Below the pieces are notes generated by a model. The model made no database searches. It worked only from the letters and a program-made list of their open reading frames with translations, and was not told the DNA's origin. Below, one piece after another: positions 1 through 13,317 of a stretch of 64,000 nt of DNA. Origin of the DNA: Amoebidium appalachense (lineage: Eukaryota > Protista > Ichthyosporea); NCBI GenBank assembly GCA_963693365.1, contig CAVNZM010000016.1, forward strand, positions 2,567,457-2,631,456. Direction: 5' to 3'. Numbering within the stretch: position 1 is the first letter of the stretch; every line of letters starts with the position of its first letter. The translations under genes were made by a program, and so were the position numbers.

Positions 1-74
1 CTGCCCCCCTCTCCGTATCAAAATTAATGATCTAGTAGCCCATGCTCTCGGCGTGTGTGGAACTGCAGGAATGG

Positions 75-1520
<1,446 letters not shown>

Positions 1521-1948
1521 AGATCTAGAGGCGTAGCGACTCAGTGAGAGAGCTTTGTTCGACTGGCAGCCTGCATCTATGCACAGTACACCGACAAAAC
1601 ATATAAATCCGCAGCCTACACGAACCAAATGCTAAAAAAAAAAAAGCAGATTTCTAGATGCATCTGTTTTTTCCACGTGCACCCGTGATACTGTGGATGC
1701 CACCGGAAGATTCGCGCACACAGTTGGCCATGGGCAACGCAGCATGCAGTCGCAGGTGTGCAATTGTTTACTTTATACAGATGACTCAAGACCATACAAC
1801 CAATAGGAATAGAGAATAGTACACCATATATGGGTGACCTAAAGTTTTTGCTCATCTTTACCTTCCATATATGGGTTTGAATTTTAGGAATCCAATTGGA
1901 GTCGACTGTGATCCGCGTATCAAATTTTGGCGCCTAGATTTAGAATCG

Positions 1949-1976
1949 GGGGTTTACGCTGTTTACTCGATGCAAA
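1949..1976 (+). promoter_or_regulatory. Dispersed 28-bp element GGGGTTTACGCTGTTTACTCGA(T/G)GCAAA, copy 1
   Basis: Near-identical copies at 7416 and 18572. Contains TGTTTAC, the forkhead consensus. It could instead be a transposon terminus. Confidence 0.5.
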
Positions 1977-2599
1977 GCGGAAAAGACCATTACCAGGAAA
2001 AAAAAACAGAATAGAATTCGAGACAAACTAATAATTTACTATCAAAATTCTACAGAGAGAAATCATTGCATTTCTGGGCACTAATATCGACTATAAAGAC
2101 AAAAACAGAGAAGGAGAATTCGGTGTGCCTCAAAAATGTTAATCAAATGCTGACAGATTCTTGGGTAGCGCGGACATCTAGTTGCTGTGATACACACCCA
2201 ATGAGTGCACCGTATTTTCTTGTTCGTGGAAATATTTAAAGCGCTTGAAGTTGCGCACCAGATGATGAGCAGTGTCCGGAGGGTTGCCGCTTGTATGTTT
2301 GTTTTTGTTTTTGTTTTCCACACACAAAAATAATGCCCCTCTAACACACCATCACCCTCCCCTTGTCTCTCTGCTAGATGTGAAGACCGAACATGTTTTC
2401 TGTATTCTAATCACGGTTTTAGCTACCGTCAGAGAAGGGTTTTTGGGTCTGTTGTCTTCTAAATTCTTCATTCATTCTTCGCCCCTTTTTTATCCAGTTC
2501 GACGAATTTCAGGTTAACAGCACACTGTCACACACACTTTAGTAACTGGGCCAAGGCAAAAACATTAGACCAATCTGTCACACACCAAAAAAACCAAAA

Positions 2600-3085
2600 A
2601 TGAAGCTCTCTTTTCTTGCTTGTTTCGCATTTTCCCTTCAAGCAGCACAAAACTTCTCATACGCCCTTCGTCTCGAGCCCCGTGCGCCCACACAGATTGA
2701 AGAAGCAAACGAACCCGAACCCACACCCAGCCTGAACTCTGACGCTATTCCTTACAACATGGAACAAGAACGCACTCTCGCTCTCGGAACTTTTGCTCGT
2801 GCTGTAGTCCCCGTTTCTCCGAGCGAAGAGGAGGAAAAAAGCAGATACATACGGCCCGGGCGCGAAGCAGGTTTCTTTGACGGGGAACTGTATGGAGGAG
2901 GGGCACACGGGCACAAGGCAGCGACCAAATATTACCACCAAAGCCCGCAGTATGCACCGGGGGGGATGCATGGGGAGGGGTATTACCCAGCAACGGAGGA
3001 GATGGTGTTGGGTGGGGTTGTGCTCGGCGGCATTTTGTATGGTGCAAGGAGGATGTTGCACAAGGGGAGGAGGGGTGGGTGGTGA
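2600..3085 (+). CDS. Orphan 161-aa protein with a putative signal peptide and a C-terminal hydrophobic segment
   Basis: Non-repetitive ORF with an A-rich start context (CAAAAATG). N-terminus MKLSFLACFAFSLQAA is signal-like; C-terminal MVLGGVVLGGILYGA is followed by basic residues. Confidence 0.65.
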   Translation: MKLSFLACFAFSLQAAQNFSYALRLEPRAPTQIEEANEPEPTPSLNSDAIPYNMEQERTLALGTFARAVVPVSPSEEEEKSRYIRPGREAGFFDGELYGGGAHGHKAATKYYHQSPQYAPGGMHGEGYYPATEEMVLGGVVLGGILYGARRMLHKGRRGGW

Positions 3086-3503
3086 ATGAAAAGGAAAAGG
3101 AGGAGGGGTGGGATATGATCTGGGTGTTCTATGATTGGGAAATTTTTAAATTTATATAGTGTGTGAAGGTTTAAAGAATGTGATTCAGGCATCCGACACC
3201 GACACGTGGTCACACATCCAAATATGCATGCATGACTGTTCTTTGGTATCTACAGGTATGCGTCTATCCACCACCCTCACCTGAAGTCCATGAAGTTTTT
3301 CGACGAATACAAGGACACACACATACAGACACACACAGGTTACACAGCACACACATGGAAACATGCACACTTGCACACACACATGGGTATATATAAACTC
3401 GTTTGCAAGAATGTCATGTATACGTGCACATACATGATGCACGCTGTAACGCACGCATACACAGACAAAGGCACAACACACACACACACACGCACACACG
3501 GGC

Positions 3504-3571
<68 letters not shown>

Positions 3572-4362
3572 CGTCTGTGTGCTTTCTGACAACACATTTT
3601 TAAAGTTTTGCTTTTTAGTAAAATTCTGTTTCCGGTGGTTTAAGACTGCCGCCTAATTTGACGACTGCATATCCTTTAGAGTCTAATATTGGATATGCAC
3701 AACTACTCATGTAACTTAAGTCCTTTCCCTATTGAACTGCCTGTTTTTTTTTTTTGGTTCTTTTTGGTAAGCTTTTTCTCTTTCGTCTGTCTGGTGAAAT
3801 GAAAACCCCGGGTAGGAGTCGTTTTCCCATGCTTGTGAATATAGAACCCCACGGTGTCGTTAGGAACCTCGTGGCTTCTTTCCTGTAATTTTGAATCACT
3901 TTTCAGTGTTCCTTATTTATATCCCTGCCAATAGCAAGGGCTTGTTAAAATTATTCTAAATATATGCACGTGTTTTGAATGTGAAACCTGCTATATTTTT
4001 GGTGATCCTAATGTTAAAAAGGGTCGGATTGAGGGTACCTCTGTGACTGCACCCCAATCTTTTTTTGAAAAATCAAAGCCTTTTGGTGCCACGCCTCCCC
4101 ACTCCCTCCCTCCTCACCCCCCCCCCCCCCCCTCCCCCCCCCCCCCCCCCTCCCCCCCTTCCTCTCCTCCCCCTCCCCCCGCCCCCCTCCCCCCGGCCCC
4201 CGGCCCATACACATGCACACACAATTCCCGCCGTCTCTCCTCCCTTCCCCCTGCTGTTTGTTGCCTTTCACCTTCATCCTCCCTCCCCACCTTTCCCCCC
4301 AAACACACACACACGTCCGCACATGTGGGTGTAATAGTATTTCAAGTAACCCCAAAGGCACA

Positions 4363-4965
4363 GGGCGGGTTGGTGCAATGATAAGATCGCTGCGTGTCAA
4401 GCTCCGAGTCGCAGGAAACGATCCTGCTTACTTCCGATTTTTGTCTGCTCGACGGTCCACCAGTCTGGCCGCCCCCTATAAGCCATCACCCCAGACCACG
4501 TCAAGCAGCACCACCAAAGTTTGTTATCATCCGGCCGCAAGACATGACGTCATGAACAGCACCGCCCTCTGACGTCGACGGCGCGCCGCTTGGGCATCCC
4601 GGCCCAACGTTCAAGTGGGAGACCAATCCGAGTCACCGGCCACGGTTCGGGTCAGCGTCCTGGGCATGGGGTTTTCCCTTTCAAGTCTTTATGTTTGTGT
4701 ATGTGTCCCGGGTCGCTCCCGGCTGGTGTTGTTAAAGTGAGCTGTGCTCACTTCCCCACTAATTGACCCCAACTGGCACTATTTTTAGTTACTCCTTATA
4801 ACTAAAAATAGTGCCAGTTGGGGTCAATTAGAATCCTGACTTATGAGTGTGCTATACAGATCTGTGTCTAGGCGGAAGACGGTAAGCTCCCCTGAGGCAG
4901 AGCCTCGCCGGGAGTGAAACGGGAAAAAATAAAAAAATAAAATAAAAAATAAATAAAATAAAAAA
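4363..4965 (+). mobile_element. 5'-truncated, decayed non-LTR retrotransposon 3' end (copy C)
   Basis: A-rich tail at 4924-4965. Probable target-site duplication (TSD) CAAAGGCACA at 4353-4362 and 4968-4977. The terminal hairpin region 4870-4930 resembles the 3' ends at 5460-5532 and 40852-40915 (minus). Degenerate peptide VCSTVHQSGRPL*AITPDHVKQHH resembles the C-terminus of the 41123 ORF. Confidence 0.6.
4759..4831. repeat. Perfect 33-bp inverted repeat with a 7-nt loop
   Basis: Arm 4759-4791 (CTAATTGACCCCAACTGGCACTATTTTTAGTTA) is the exact reverse complement of 4799-4831; loop is CTCCTTA. Confidence 0.95.
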
Positions 4966-5015
4966 CTCAAAGGCACACGAAAACAAAGAGGTAGATCTAG
5001 AGCCCCATCGAGGAC

Positions 5016-5148
<133 letters not shown>

Positions 5149-5149
5149 G

Positions 5150-5532
5150 CACCCACACACAACCAGCATGCCCCCATCACAAACCACACCATCATGTGAC
5201 TGACACCCCATACCCACCGTAAACACCACGAACACTACGCCATATGTTCCACCGTAGATGAGCCAATCAGGGCCCGTGATTAAGGCTTAAAGTTTGATCG
5301 TAGGTTTTGAGTGGAGGGAAAGCTTGGTGCTACCCCGCCGGCGAGGCTGGGGTGAAAACCCTTGGGCTAAGTGTGTACGCATAGTTAGGATTAAGAATCG
5401 TTTTTTATCTTAGCTGATGGCACCAGAGCACCCTAGCTAGAGTATAGTCGGTGCTGGGTGGAAGATGGCTATAGCCTTAAGTTACCTCTGAGGGGCCCTG
5501 AGTCACCCTCCGGAAGCAAAACGGGATAAAAT
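5150..5532 (+). mobile_element. Non-LTR retrotransposon 3' fragment (copy B): ORF end plus structured 3' UTR
   Basis: Collinear with the reverse complement of 40852-41160, including the identical 20-mer CCCATACCCACCGTAAACAC and many shared blocks. It follows a (CA)n tract at 5019-5146. Confidence 0.8.
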
Positions 5533-5685
5533 TAGGAAATCGTGTACAAACATGGATGCACACCCTCCCGATATCGCTCAACGATCTGGTGCAATTGAAT
5601 AATCTCTTTATTACTCCTGTACGAAATGCAAGGGGCCAAACAGACACATGCGCCGCGTTGGGCACATGTACACACTTTGCCTTAA

Positions 5686-5893
5686 GGTCTATGTCGGCAT
5701 TTCTCAATTATGACGTAGTTATGACGTATTCATAATTGCATGATGTCATTGATGATGTCACGAATTTGAGAATGGCGTCACCGGATCACGTACATGGTGG
5801 CTCACGTAGTTTCCATATATGTAATGTTCGTTTTAGGAAAGTCCGAACATGGCAAAAATACTACATCACAATCGAGAAATGCCGACATAGTCG
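5686..5893. mobile_element. MITE, Kolobok-like (degenerate TTAA flanks)
   Basis: 31-bp terminal inverted repeats (TIRs) at 5689-5719 and 5860-5890 with 3 mismatches. Left flank TTAA|GG; right flank TTAG. Confidence 0.65.
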
Positions 5894-5914
5894 TTAGCAG
5901 TCAGACTCTGTCTC

Positions 5915-5950
<36 letters not shown>

Positions 5951-6228
5951 TCCCTCCCCTCCCTCCCTCCCTCCCTCCCTCTCTCCCTCCCCCGGCCCCC
6001 CTCCCTCCCTCCTCGCCTCATCCTCCTCCTCCCCCTTTTTCTGACAACAAATATATACAAGTACACCAGTTTGCACTTTCTCTCTCTCTCTCCCACACCC
6101 TCTTTCTCTCCCCCCCCACACCCCCTTCTTTCTCTCTCTCTCTTTCTCTCTCATGGGACCCCCCCCCCCCTCCCCCCCCGCCCATCTCTCCCCTCCCCCC
6201 CCCCCCCCCCCCCTTCTCTCCCATCCCC

Positions 6229-6259
<31 letters not shown>

Positions 6260-6399
6260 GGCTCTCTCTCCCACCCCCCTTCAACATCTTTCCCCCCTTT
6301 CTACCCCCCCCCCCCCCCCCCATCTCTTGCTCTCCCTCTCCCCTTGCCCTCTTATCATTTATAATATCTCTTTTTCGCGTTGCCAAGTTGGGTTCCCCG

Positions 6400-6730
6400 G
6401 GTCCCAGCCCAAAGTCACACCTGTGCACCCGCTGCAAGAAAACTCACCAAAGCATACTAGCAACCCCGAAGGGGTCTAATAGAGAGAACAATCATTTCCC
6501 CCGATGTGTACGACCAGAAAAGGATGAGGTGCCAACGATAGATAGTGTATAGAGTAGTAGTAAAGCGTGTGTAGTACATATCCCATACCTGTAAACCCAC
6601 AGAAAACTGCTTACACTGGCACCAACGCCGGATACTAGTGTGAGTGAAAAAGAGATCCCACACTAGATTGCTTCATCTCCAGGAAAGACGAGCAGTTATG
6701 GTCGATCGAGAGACTTTTCTTTCCTTCTTT
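6400..6730 (+). mobile_element. Possible 3' fragment of a more distant non-LTR element
   Basis: Peptide HLCTRCKKTHQS resembles the CxxCxxxH C-terminal motif of the LINE copies. Nested stems follow the stop: AACTGCTT/GAGCAGTT enclosing CTAGTGTG/CACACTAG. Confidence 0.35.
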
Positions 6731-6987
6731 CAATTACTTTGTAAATAAATGTGTGGCAAGGTGGGTGGGTAGGTACCACTGCATGGGTGGGTGGGTGGGG
6801 GGGGGGGGGGGGGGGGGGGGGAAGGAGAGGTGATCGAAGAGGGGGGGGGGGGGGAGGGGGAGGGGGGTGGGTGGGAGGGGGGGGGCGGAAGGGAGGGGAG
6901 AAGCCTTAGGCGGTTTGAGAAAGGGGGGAGGGGGGAGGAGGGTTGTGAGATGGGGGCCGGGGGCCGGGGGGGGGTGGGGCCGGTGGG

Positions 6988-7027
<40 letters not shown>

Positions 7028-7415
7028 GGGCCCGGGGGGAGGGGAGGGCAAAAGGGATCCAGGGGAGAAGAAGTCTTAGGCGGTTGAGAGAGGGGGGAGG
7101 GGGGGACAAGGGTTCGGGAGGGGGGGGAGGGGAAGTTGGGAGGACAGATCAGTTAAGGGTTTCAAGAGAAAACACGCGTTTATATGGGCACGTGTATGGC
7201 GCACGTTTCTATAAACCTCGGCGGCGGTTGTGGGTCCGTGGATGCCCAGCGAAGATTTTGAATCTAGAAATCTCCAGGGATCCAATCAAATGACTTTAAG
7301 AACTTATCTATATCCACCAACCCGCTTGCCTCACGCCCTACCATAAAAAGTAGAATCATATTGATGCTGACCATTCCGTTGCTAAAACATGATCGCCCAT
7401 AACACATATCGCTTT

Positions 7416-7443
7416 GGGGTTTACGCTGTTTACTCGAGGCAAA
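7416..7443 (+). promoter_or_regulatory. Dispersed 28-bp element, copy 2
   Basis: GGGGTTTACGCTGTTTACTCGAGGCAAA, 888 bp upstream of the ATG at 8304. Confidence 0.5.
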
Positions 7444-7809
7444 ACTTTTTTCAACCCAAAAGTCTCTGCTTCTGTATTCGAATTTATACATGTAGTTTTA
7501 TATTAAATCTGCTTGTACAAGTGTTATCTCCGTTCTCATGCCTCCCAGGCGGCAAGCGGAAGCACGGTACCGTCCGCGGTTGCGTGAGCTGCGGCGCCAG
7601 CTGAGAGCGGCAGGCCGCGGCAGGGCTCGAACTCAGCCCTTCATAGTGTTTCACTTATGCAGATATAAATATCATTTATGCTAAAAACTTTTAGCTACGC
7701 TAATATATTCTCACTATATGCATGGGTATTGAGGGTTTTCTCCTATGGATATATTGTTGCAACGCCCTCAAGGAGCCCACACGCCACGGCCCCTGCGGCG
7801 CCACAACCC

Positions 7810-7846
<37 letters not shown>

Positions 7847-8303
7847 ACTAAAGAATTTTTCGAGCAGTCTAGTGCTACATAGTGATTGGTTGCCTCCTAG
7901 GCGGATAGAAAATAGTAGAATGACCAATGGAGACGTTGCTCCAAATGCTTATGTGACATTAGAGGCAACAGTTTTTAACAAGGCATTAAATGTCTATGTT
8001 AGAGTTTAATAAGATGATGACTATATTTGATTGGTATATGGACCAAGTAAATTTGGCTCATATGACTGGCGCCAACAAGAACCTGTGTGCTGGTCTTTGC
8101 TGGCGCCATATAAAAACTTTTTCCCGCCAGAACCCCTTCATTCTGACAAGCAAGTCAATGTATGCATAATCGAAAAGCGAACAGAAAAACCACAAAAGGC
8201 TCTCTTATTCGCGACAAAAATCGTCGTTCTGTGCTCTTCTTCTTCACGTCAAAGAAAGAAACAATATCTTCAAGCCTCAAATCAACACAAAAGCTCAACA
8301 AAA

Positions 8304-8735
8304 ATGGCCTCCGTTCTCGCTACCACCGTCCTTTCTTCTCTCCCCGCCGCCACCCGCACGCTCACAACAGCAACAACGAGCATGCTTGGCCTTCGTCTCT
8401 ACCACAACTTCACCTCCGCAAAACGCAACTTCAACACGCAGGCCACACAAACCCCCACCACCCGCCGCGCCGTTTTTCCGGACACAAACACCAACGTTTT
8501 GACCAAAACTGAAATGCACTACACGCCCAACCTCGGCCCCCCTGTGGCCCAGCCGTCCCCATATGGCCGCACTTGCGCCAAAACGCTCGGAAGTGCAATG
8601 CGTAGGTGGCCCCAAGTGAGTGGGTTGGAGGTGGAGGAGATGGGGTATAAGTGGCCCGTTGTGCCTGTGCATGCAAAGGTGGCCGGAAATGCAGTGCAGG
8701 CACACGAGGTGCTGCTGGTGAAAATGAACTTGTGA
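8304..8735 (+). CDS. Orphan 143-aa protein, possibly with a mitochondrial presequence
   Basis: ATG in a CAAAAATGG context. N-terminus is rich in S/T/A/L/R and lacks acidic residues. TATAAAAA at 8109. Confidence 0.55.
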   Translation: MASVLATTVLSSLPAATRTLTTATTSMLGLRLYHNFTSAKRNFNTQATQTPTTRRAVFPDTNTNVLTKTEMHYTPNLGPPVAQPSPYGRTCAKTLGSAMRRWPQVSGLEVEEMGYKWPVVPVHAKVAGNAVQAHEVLLVKMNL

Positions 8736-8792
8736 TATTAAAAAGCCGGAAGTACTGAAAAAGTAGGAATATGGAGTAGTAGGCACGTGTGT

Positions 8793-8875
<83 letters not shown>

Positions 8876-9290
8876 GTGTGTGTACGTGCCGAGTTGACAT
8901 GTGGCCCTGCCATGAAATCGTAGCACCGTTAAGGCGCCTTAAATTCACTTGCACGATTATGAATGCTGTTTACATTAAGTAAATAGTGAAGTAAAGAAAC
9001 CCTTTTTTGGCTCTGTTTGAGTCTAGTTGACGTATTTTTATGCTTCGAAAGTTTGAAGTTCCGTATTTTAAACACGTATGTAGTAACTTGATACGTTCTG
9101 AAGCTGCACTTAAGTCCAACTGTGTCTGGAAACCCGTTGAGCGGCCCACACACATATTCAAGCGTAAAAGTACATTATCATATTATTTAAATTTGCCTGG
9201 TATGCATATTAAAATACAGGCTGAACATACAAACTCGTACTCAGCGACATGAGTGCCTTGTGCGAGTGTGGCAATGCGTGTGTGCGTGTG

Positions 9291-9337
<47 letters not shown>

Positions 9338-9385
9338 GCGTGTGCATGTGCGAGTGTGAGTGTGCGTGCGTGTACGTGCGTGCGC

Positions 9386-9459
<74 letters not shown>

Positions 9460-9467
9460 ACTACTGC

Positions 9468-9512
<45 letters not shown>

Positions 9513-10321
9513 GTGTGTGTGTGTGTAATAGTTTGTGTTGTCTACCACTCTGTCTGCGTGTATGCACAGTCACTGTGTGTGTGGGCGTGCCTACATAAGA
9601 TTGTCACCTGTGTGCCTGTTGGCTACCGTACTTTGCGCAGTGTGTGTTTCATGTGTGCAGGTTTGTGTGGACGTGTGGCGCCTGTGAGCGTTCGAGTGTG
9701 GCGGGTGTGTGTGTAACCTACTTGCGTCCAAAATTACACGTCATATACACGTACAAGATTATACATATGCAATCTCTATTTGCTTTCCCCGCACAATTGC
9801 AATCACCACATTTTTCGCTCTCTAATTAACGTATAGTCGACACATACTGTTACATTATAAGCGAGTGTCCAAGCTTTCATACACACATAGAAACATGCAT
9901 AAAATTTAAGGTGTTTGTGACGTGTATGCATACGGGTGGGCGGTATACCTCTGGCCATGGATAATACACACCTCTTGGCTCAGTCATGAACGACATTTCA
10001 TGGGTTATTTATTTGCATCCCATGTGTTGTAAACGTTGATTTTCACCTCTTACTCTTCATGATCAGCAGTGCAATTATGACATTATGATGGGCGCTTATT
10101 AGCGGGTTGGGATGTGGTGTATCTAAATCTAATGGCTTATACTCTTATAGGTGCAAATCTCGTCTGCATGTCCCCCCCCCCCCCCCCCCCCCCCCCCCTC
10201 CCCCAACCCACCCACCCACCTCCCTCCCCCTTAAACTCACCAACCAAGCCACTCACACACCAACCTAAGAAAATCAACAGGGAAAAAAAAAAAAAAAGGA
10301 AACTCGCTACACAAAATCAGT

Positions 10322-10366
<45 letters not shown>

Positions 10367-10514
10367 GGGGGGGGGGGTTCCAAGAGAAAGAAGGGGGAAT
10401 AAGGAGGCAAATAAAAAAAAGAAAGAAAGAAAGAAAGAACGAAAATAAAATAAAAAGAAAAGAAAGAAATACACTAAACCACAAAAAGAAAAACAAAAAA
10501 AAACCCCATCATCA

Positions 10515-11060
10515 CTAGTCGTCCCTATGCGCTGCCAACCTACCCAACCTCTTTCGCAACTCCGCCCCTTCCACCCCCCCCAGGGGACCCTCCCCCTCCC
10601 CGCTCCCTCCCCCCTCCCCCTCCCTCTCCCCTCCCTGCATTATTGTCTCCGTCCCCTCCACCCCCACCTCTTCCTCCTCCTCCAAAATCCGTTCTCCACC
10701 CCCACCCCCTCCCCCCATACATCCCACTACCACTACTCCCCGCCTCTCCACCGCTCTCCCTTCTAGTCTTTTCCCTTCTCGTTTCTTCCACGGATTCCAC
10801 GCCGCTCTCCCCCGCGTATATCCCCCCGTCGGCAGGGTCATCCCTCACGCTCGTGTGTTGTGAAAACACAACATCATCCGTATCTAAAGTATCGCTTTCG
10901 CGAATTTTGTAAGAGGAAGAACCAGTGGAGTAATCGTTCCGACGACCAGAGAGAGGATCGTCGCGGTGGCGTGGGCGGTGGCCGCCGACACGACGAATGT
11001 ATTCTTCGTCTTCGTCTTTGATGTGCACCTGTAAAAAAACAGTGTGTGTGTGTGTGAGTT

Positions 11061-11091
<31 letters not shown>

Positions 11092-11484
11092 AGGGGGGGG
11101 GGGGGGGGGGGGGGGGGGGAAGGGGGGGGGGGGAGGTAGTAGGGGCGGTGGTGGTGGTATGGGGGGGGGGGGGGGGGGGGGGAAGCCACGTGATAAGAGG
11201 GAAGAGAGGGACAGGGAGGGTAATTGGAAAGGGGAAAAGGGGGTGGGGGGGGTGCGCGGGGGGGGGGGGGAAGGGAAGGGGGGAAGGGGGGGGGGGGGGG
11301 AGGGGGGATCGGTTAGTGAGAGCCAAGAGTACTGTGAACACCTTCGTCTCAGCACAGTGATATTCACGCTTCCTTTTTCTCCCTTCTCCTTCTTCTTCTT
11401 CTTCTTCTTTTTTTTTTTTTTTTGGGGGGGGGGGGGAGGGAGAAGGAGGGGGGAGAGACCGGGTGGGGCGGGGGGAGAGGCAAA

Positions 11485-11518
<34 letters not shown>

Positions 11519-11720
11519 GGGGTGTAAGGGATGTGTAGGAGAGTACAAAGCACACATCCACGAAAGACAACACAATGCAGATATCGACAAACGAAGAGAA
11601 TGCATAACAAGTAAAGCCCATCTTCGAATGGCGTCAACTCTTCCAAGATACCCTAGTGTCGACTCGTTCACCCCTGGCATGCAAGACCCAATTCATACAC
11701 TAGTAGTGGTGGTGGTGGCC

Positions 11721-11756
<36 letters not shown>

Positions 11757-11893
11757 GTGGGGTGGGGGTGTGTGTGTGTGTGTGTGTGTGTGTGGGGGGG
11801 GGGGGGGGATTAAGTGCGCAACAAACTACTGCCTTGCAAATTACAACGTAAATACTACGACGGATAACACAATGCAGATTGCAAAGGGGGCGT

Positions 11894-11936
<43 letters not shown>

Positions 11937-12230
11937 AAAATACAAGATACACATTCATAACGCACGGCATTGCAGATTGCAAAAAGGGGGGAGGGGCGGG
12001 GATAGCAGATGTGTTACAGAGCATGAGGTACATATTGATGACGGACAACACACAATACACACGGGGAGAAAGGGGGAGGCGGGGCTGGCGGGCCAGGGGG
12101 GGAGGGAGGGAGAGGGGGGGAGGGGGGGGGGGGGGGGGGGGTTATCGGAGAGACCGACAGTCAAGTGGGGGCAATGGTGTGAAACGGAAGAGAAGGACGC
12201 AGAGGAGAAAGGGAAGAAGTAAGGTCCGGG

Positions 12231-12307
<77 letters not shown>

Positions 12308-13035
12308 TTGGAAGGGGGGGAAGGGGGGGGGGGGGGGGGGGGGGGAGAAGGGTTAATGTATACCTGGAAGTAGTATATGAGATAGAGGGCCAGATAGAAC
12401 ACAGCCTGGGCAGAAAAGAACACACCCACAAAGGTTAACCCTGCAAGCTCAGGGTACCAGTAGAGGAAGGCTCGAAGGCCGGTGAAGTGCGCGTCAAAGT
12501 GGAGAGTGGCACCGTACATCTGCAAGTGGGTTAAACGGTAAGATTTTCTCACTTTAAAATGGAACTTTAAAGCTTATAAAAAAAAGACTTTCTAGTGGCC
12601 GCATAAATCTGCAATGGTTCAAACGTAAGATTATGAACCGTTTTCATATAAAACTTTTTTAAATGCTTTTTAAAGAAATACTTTCAGTGGCCCCGTACCT
12701 GTGCAACGTGTTAAAAAAATGTTAATATAATAAACTCTATAAATAAAAAGGAAACCTTTTCAGTGGCCCTGTACATCTGCAATGTTAAGATTATGACACT
12801 TCTTATAAAAAACCTTTTCCGTGGTCCCCGTACATCCAGTGGGTTACATTTTTAGATTATAAAACCATCTAAAAAACTTTTTAGTGCCTGGAAAAGGCAT
12901 TGAATGGACGATAAAAGTGAGTGCACTGCACACATCCACATGCTTGTCCCTTCTCCCTCTTTCATTCATACACTGTCTACAAAGCCACTCCCCCCCACCC
13001 CCCTCCCCCCCCCCCCCCCCCCCCCCCCTCCCCCC

Positions 13036-13087
<52 letters not shown>

Positions 13088-13283
13088 ACACACACACACC
13101 CCTACACAAAAACACCAACACCCGTTTTGGCAACTCCAAAACAATAGGAAGAGCTGACACCATGTGCACACCAACCTGCACAGGCCTGGTGATGGTAGCC
13201 CCACCCCCCCCCCCCCCCCCCCCGCGCCCGCCCGCGCCCGCCCCCCTCCCCCCCCACCACTTCCCCATCTCCCACTCACCCAT

Positions 13284-13317
<34 letters not shown>

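Noticed and set aside
5405-5455. Hammerhead-like CTGATG and tracrRNA-like GTCGGTGC within the LINE 3' module
   Set aside because: The hammerhead core is not conserved in copy A. The 8-mer match is expected by chance and no Cas9/IscB/TnpB/Fanzor ORF is present.
7610-7700. tRNA-like A/B boxes on the minus strand (GTAGCT..., GAGTTCGAGCCC)
   Set aside because: No cloverleaf can be formed; at most a decayed tRNA-derived SINE.
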